DNA of 64,000 bases, taken from positions 36,533 through 100,532 of the forward strand of contig JAUSIQ010000004.1 of NCBI GenBank assembly GCA_030647955.1. The letters are read 5' to 3'. Every line of letters starts with the position of its first letter. The stretch's first letter is position 1. The position numbers and the translations under genes were made by a program. Below are positions 60,546-64,000 of this stretch, piece after piece. The DNA is from a bacterium (GTDB taxonomy: Bacteria; Patescibacteriota; Minisyncoccia; 2-02-FULL-40-12; IGHO2-12-FULL-4). Under the pieces are notes generated by a model. It saw only the letters and a list, made by a program, of their open reading frames with translations, searched no databases and was not told the DNA's origin.

Positions 60546-60884
60546 GTGATGACTAAGCTCACGCTAGTGCTCTTTATTATTTTTTGTCTAATCGATGGCG
60601 GCATGACGGTTTATCGTTGGAATACTGTTGAACATGCTTCTTTGCTTCGCTTCGAAGGTGGCATAAGTTTTTTGGTCTGGAACATGATGGTTATCTTTGG
60701 CCCCTGGTTCGGAATGCTTTCGATCAAGATGCCGTTGATGGTTGGAGCAGTTCTAGTGGTTCAGCGGATATTAATTTATGCCTGGTCCAAGTACTTACTA
60801 ATGCCTGCTTGTTTGATAGTTATACTTTTTTTAATGTTTTTCCAGGTGATGGCTTTGATCGCTATCACTAGATTGTTTCTATGA
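60546..60884 (+). CDS. Hypothetical polytopic small membrane protein (112 aa, 3-4 TM helices)
   Basis: Hydrophobic segments. GGGGTGAGTG RBS-like sequence upstream. Confidence 0.4.
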   Translation: MMTKLTLVLFIIFCLIDGGMTVYRWNTVEHASLLRFEGGISFLVWNMMVIFGPWFGMLSIKMPLMVGAVLVVQRILIYAWSKYLLMPACLIVILFLMFFQVMALIAITRLFL

Positions 60885-61005
60885 TTAAACCGAGTTCTTC
60901 TCGGTTCTTTGCTGCCCGCTTCTGTTTGACTTTTGCCCATTTTTAGTGTATTATTAAGAGTAGAGGATCTTTGACGTTTTATATGACGGATCGGAGGAGG
61001 ACATC

Positions 61006-61401
61006 ATGGCAACTGAAACACGGTCGTCGGAAAGCGAGAGTCGGTTGGCGAACTGGGCCCGGCTCACTGATCGGACCCGAGAGAGGTTGGCGGCGGATGG
61101 GCCGGGAAGAAAAGAGGCCGTGCTGTGGATGCGTGAACTCCAACCCTTCGATCTTCTCCGAATCACGGTTGAGGGGTGCCTGATCTATCTGGTCGAGATC
61201 AAGGACGTTACGGATCCATTCAATTTTCGTGGATGGGTGGTTCAGACTACCCATGCTTCCACTACGGCGATTGTTCTGGGAGAGTGTCGGTTGGATGTGG
61301 CGGTTATGATAGGTGAGCCCTTTACCTTCATGATCCGTCCCGGACACTACATCCCGGCAGTCAATGTCGTTTTTATAGAAATCTTGGAGCGGCGCGATTA
61401 G
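61006..61401 (+). CDS. Hypothetical GC-rich protein (131 aa)
   Basis: About 55% GC. RBS GGAGGAGGA. Followed by a double-hairpin terminator. Confidence 0.35.
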   Translation: MATETRSSESESRLANWARLTDRTRERLAADGPGRKEAVLWMRELQPFDLLRITVEGCLIYLVEIKDVTDPFNFRGWVVQTTHASTTAIVLGECRLDVAVMIGEPFTFMIRPGHYIPAVNVVFIEILERRD

Positions 61402-61418
61402 TTCCTCGCGCCGCTCCG

Positions 61419-61468
61419 CCCCCCACTTTCTAAAAGACCAGAAAGTGGGGGGCTTTTAAATTTTTTTT
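61419..61468 (+). terminator. Rho-independent terminator
   Basis: CCCCCCACTTTCTaaaagaccAGAAAGTGGGGGG followed by CTTTTAAATTTTTTTT. Confidence 0.7.
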
Positions 61469-61511
61469 ATTTAGCTTAGGATGGAAATAATCAATTTAAC
61501 TTTCTATAAAA

Positions 61512-62201
61512 ATGAAAATTTTAGTAATTTTAATTATTATCGCAGTCGTGGCCGTGGGAACATGGTTTTTCTTAAAGGATCGGGGAGAAGAAGTTGGTCT
61601 TAGTCCTTCGCCTACTCCTTCTGTCGAAGTAACCACTTCTCCATCTTCTTCTGCTGAACCTATTATGGACGTACAAGAAAAAGTAGCGGTGAAGATGGAA
61701 ACCGCTCGCGGGACAATTGAGTTGGAACTTTACTCTAAAGTGGCCCCGAAAACAGTTTTGAATTTTATCAGCTTAGCGCAAAAGGGTTATTATGACGGTA
61801 CCAAGTTTCACCGCGTAGTGGATGATTTTGTGATACAGGGCGGAGATCCGTTGTCTCGTACTGATGATCCGCGCGTAGGCACGGGCGGACCGGGCTATAT
61901 GTTCGAGGATGAAATTAATCCCAAGGTTTTGGGAGTACCAGCCGAAGTGATCACGCAGTACGAAGCGGCAGGGTATAAGTATGATTACAATCTAAAATCT
62001 TTGCCGAATATGGTGGGGGCGATTTCCATGGCTAATGCCGGTCCGAACACTAACGGCAGTCAGTTCTTTATCATTACCACTAAAGACCAGCCCTTCTTAA
62101 ACGGTAAGCACACGGTGTTTGGAAAAGTAACCAAAGGGATGGATGTGGTATTGAAAATCAAGCAAGGCGACTTGGTTAAAAAAGTAACGGTTAGTTTATA
62201 A
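61512..62201 (+). CDS. Cyclophilin-type peptidyl-prolyl cis-trans isomerase with N-terminal membrane anchor/signal
   Basis: [15 protein letters not shown] and [16 protein letters not shown] cyclophilin motifs. N-terminal hydrophobic helix. Confidence 0.85.
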   Translation: MKILVILIIIAVVAVGTWFFLKDRGEEVGLSPSPTPSVEVTTSPSSSAEPIMDVQEKVAVKMETARGTIELELYSKVAPKTVLNFISLAQKGYYDGTKFHRVVDDFVIQGGDPLSRTDDPRVGTGGPGYMFEDEINPKVLGVPAEVITQYEAAGYKYDYNLKSLPNMVGAISMANAGPNTNGSQFFIITTKDQPFLNGKHTVFGKVTKGMDVVLKIKQGDLVKKVTVSL

Positions 62202-62467
62202 AAAGAAAAGGGGCCGGCAGCATCGCGTGCTACCGGCCCGGGCGACCGTCCACATAATGCCATGAGCCTACGGTCCCGAAGCTCCGGCAGACCCCGACTG
62301 GCTTAATTCTCTTTTGGGTCTGGGGTGACCCTTGGAGAATATTTCCCGCGTCGCTTACAGAAGAAGTAGAATCGGCGGGAAATGGTCGCGACTCAACTCC
62401 TGTGTTAATAATAGCATATTAGGCCCCGCCTTGTCAATAGTGATTATGTAGCGCAGTGCATGTTGCT

Positions 62468-62640
62468 TTCGTAGGCTCTGCGGGCTGTGGATTGCTCGCG
62501 AACCTCCGTTTGCAGCCCATCCGTTTCGGATAAGATGCAAACGGAGGTTCGCTGGACGGAAAGATACTGATCTTTTCGAATCCATAGACCGCAAAGAGCG
62601 AAGTTGGCTCGCCGGAAGCCAACGAGCGTCCGGAGAAAGC
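62468..62640 (+). ncRNA. Structured RNA element, copy 2 (paralog of 31606-31776), 38 nt upstream of the RecB-family nuclease gene
   Basis: Same conserved blocks as copy 1. A 17-bp perfect helix GCGAACCTCCGTTTGCA/TGCAAACGGAGGTTCGC replaces the 10-bp U/A-rich helix of copy 1. Hairpin ATCCGtttCGGAT corresponds to ATTCGtttCGAAT in copy 1. Confidence 0.55.
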
Positions 62641-62677
62641 AATATGCACGAAGCTTTTATGCTAAACTGCGATCAAG

Positions 62678-64000
62678 ATGACTACCAAGCAAAAACTCAC
62701 CGCCGAGCATTTCTATAAATTTTTCCAATGCCCGCACTGGCTGTGGTATGACTTGTATGAAGATCAGCAAAAGAAAAAAGGCGTTCCTCCGCTGATGAAC
62801 ATGATCTATGAGGACGGACTTAAGCATGAAAAGAATGTCATGCAGTCGCGTAAGTTCGACGAGTTACCCGCGGGGGCGTCGCAAGATTTGGACGAATCTT
62901 TTTTGGCAACCGTGGAGTTGATGAAAAAAGGGCGTAATATTTATCACGGGGTGTTGATGGATGAGCATTGGGTGGGTATTCCGGATTTGCTCGAGGCGCG
63001 ACCGATGAGCGAGTTGGGGATGAGTGGAGCCCGTTCCAAGTTTGGGGACCACTATTATGTTGTCTATGACGTCAAAAGCGGCAAAGAGTTGCGCGATGAA
63101 TATAAATTTCAATTAGTTTTTTACAGTTTGATTTTAGAGCGTATTCAGGGAGTGCGGCCCAAGGAGGCTTTCATCGTTAATGGTGATGGAGAAGAGCGCT
63201 CATTCTTGATTGATGATTTCTTGGACTATTTTCATCTCACTCGAGAGACGATCGAGAAGATTCTGGACGGAGAAAAACCGCCTCCATTTTTAAAAAGCGG
63301 TTGCAAAAGAACACCGTGGTATAGTTTGTGCGTATCGGAAGCGGAAAGCTGTCGCGACGTTTCTTTGATTTACCGCTTGAGCCAGATGGACCAAAAAGAA
63401 CTTTACAATGTTGGGATTAAAACGATTGATGACTTTGCCAATACGAGCATGGAGACCCTCCAATCAAAGTTGGAGGGTTGGAATTTTGATAAACTGATCC
63501 GCTTTCACAATCAGGCCCAATCTTTGGTGCGCGATGAGCCGCTCATTTTAAAGCATCCTGCTTTTCCCAAAGTAAAAACCGAGATCTATTTTGATATTGA
63601 AAGTGACCCTACTCAAAACATAGATTATCTTTTGGGTATCCTTGTGAAAAATACGGAGACGGACAAAACTGAATATAAAGACTTTTTTGCCAACGATAAA
63701 TCGGAAGAGGAAAAGATTTGGAAAGAGTTTATTGAATTTTTGGATAAGCAAGATGATTTTGTGATTTACCACTATGCTTTTTATGAGCGGCAGGTTTTTG
63801 ACCGGCTTTATTTGCGCTACGGAGCGCCGAGTGAAGTGGTAGAGAAGTTTAAGAATAATACGATTGATCTGCATCGCTCGGTAGTGGATACCGTCATCTT
63901 GCCTTTGTATTTTTATAGTCTCAAAGACGTGGCGCGCTATATCGGCTTTCAATGGAAGGCGGCAGATGCCGGCGGAGCGGAATCGGTGGTATGGTACAAC
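62678..64000 (+). CDS. RecB-family nuclease (TM0106-like: PD-(D/E)xK/Cas4-like N-domain plus RNase H-like exonuclease C-domain); 3' end beyond the window
   Basis: MTTKQKLTAEHFYKFFQCPHWLWYD N-terminus. VVYDVKSGKE (D/ExK). Four Cys (CPHW...GCKRTPWYSLCVSEAESC). C-terminal IYFDIESDP DEDD motif. No stop before the window end. Confidence 0.6.
   Translation, partial: MTTKQKLTAEHFYKFFQCPHWLWYDLYEDQQKKKGVPPLMNMIYEDGLKHEKNVMQSRKFDELPAGASQDLDESFLATVELMKKGRNIYHGVLMDEHWVGIPDLLEARPMSELGMSGARSKFGDHYYVVYDVKSGKELRDEYKFQLVFYSLILERIQGVRPKEAFIVNGDGEERSFLIDDFLDYFHLTRETIEKILDGEKPPPFLKSGCKRTPWYSLCVSEAESCRDVSLIYRLSQMDQKELYNVGIKTIDDFANTSMETLQSKLEGWNFDKLIRFHNQAQSLVRDEPLILKHPAFPKVKTEIYFDIESDPTQNIDYLLGILVKNTETDKTEYKDFFANDKSEEEKIWKEFIEFLDKQDDFVIYHYAFYERQVFDRLYLRYGAPSEVVEKFKNNTIDLHRSVVDTVILPLYFYSLKDVARYIGFQWKAADAGGAESVVWYN

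Noticed and set aside
62570-62590. tRNA-like T-loop TTCGAATCC inside RNA copy 2
   Set aside because: Flanking bases cannot form the 5-bp T-stem, and no acceptor or anticodon arms are present. The string is part of the conserved long-range helix of the repeated RNA element instead.
1-64000. Mobile genetic element, prophage or integron
   Set aside because: No integrase, transposase, recombinase, phage structural gene or attC-like GTTRRRY core was found. The repeat pairs and GC-rich patches are noted as findings, but without a mobility gene I do not call a mobile element.

Overview
AT-rich (about 43-45% GC), densely coded bacterial window. The long promoter/terminator-punctuated minus-strand gene array, the Thr/Pro-linked surface proteins and the many small membrane proteins suggest a small-genome uncultivated lineage (possibly CPR/Patescibacteria-like); this is an inference. 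Positions 1-42,850 form one large cell-envelope glycan locus. It holds a GDP-colitose-like 3,6-dideoxyhexose route (gmd, ColD-like 3-dehydratase, Fcl/ColC-like reductase, RmlC-like epimerase). It also holds a NeuB/NeuA-type nonulosonic-acid (possibly Kdn-like) route with a KdsC-type phosphatase, a cupin mannose-6-P isomerase and a GHMP kinase. Further members are a Maf/DUF115-like putative transferase, a Zn-ribbon methyltransferase, a B12-binding radical SAM enzyme, a class III aminotransferase, Wzm/Wzt ABC export plus a Wzx flippase, an O-carbamoyltransferase with SxtJ-like and DUF5989-like small membrane partners, an SGNH hydrolase, a priming phosphoglycosyltransferase, a polyprenyl-P glycosyltransferase with a GT-C-like partner, an O-antigen-ligase/TPR protein, a UDP-sugar dehydrogenase plus decarboxylase/epimerase, a split transketolase, and two paralogous secreted Thr/Pro-linker surface proteins. 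Positions 42.9-48.8 kb hold housekeeping genes (hpf, secA, pyrF), a Phd/RelE toxin-antitoxin (TA) pair with a palindromic operator, and an endonuclease/exonuclease/phosphatase (EEP)-family protein. Positions 48.8-56.6 kb are a nuclease-rich block: a receiver domain, a methyltransferase and a DEDDy exonuclease in one operon; a 1042-aa UvrD-type helicase fused to an Fe-S Cas4/AddB-like nuclease that carries a GC-rich palindromic in-frame insertion; a DEDDh exonuclease; small hypotheticals; and a TrmB-family regulator. Positions 56.65-61.5 kb are an unusual island with almost no long ORFs. It has near-consensus sigma70 promoters and strong terminators framing GC-rich structured segments, tandem mini-ORFs, two families of repeated elements and several GC-rich (55-60%) small genes. 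The most notable signal is a roughly 170-nt structured RNA element present twice (31606-31776 and 62468-62640) whose three helices are supported by compensatory changes. No rRNA, tRNA, CRISPR array or transposase/integrase was recognised.
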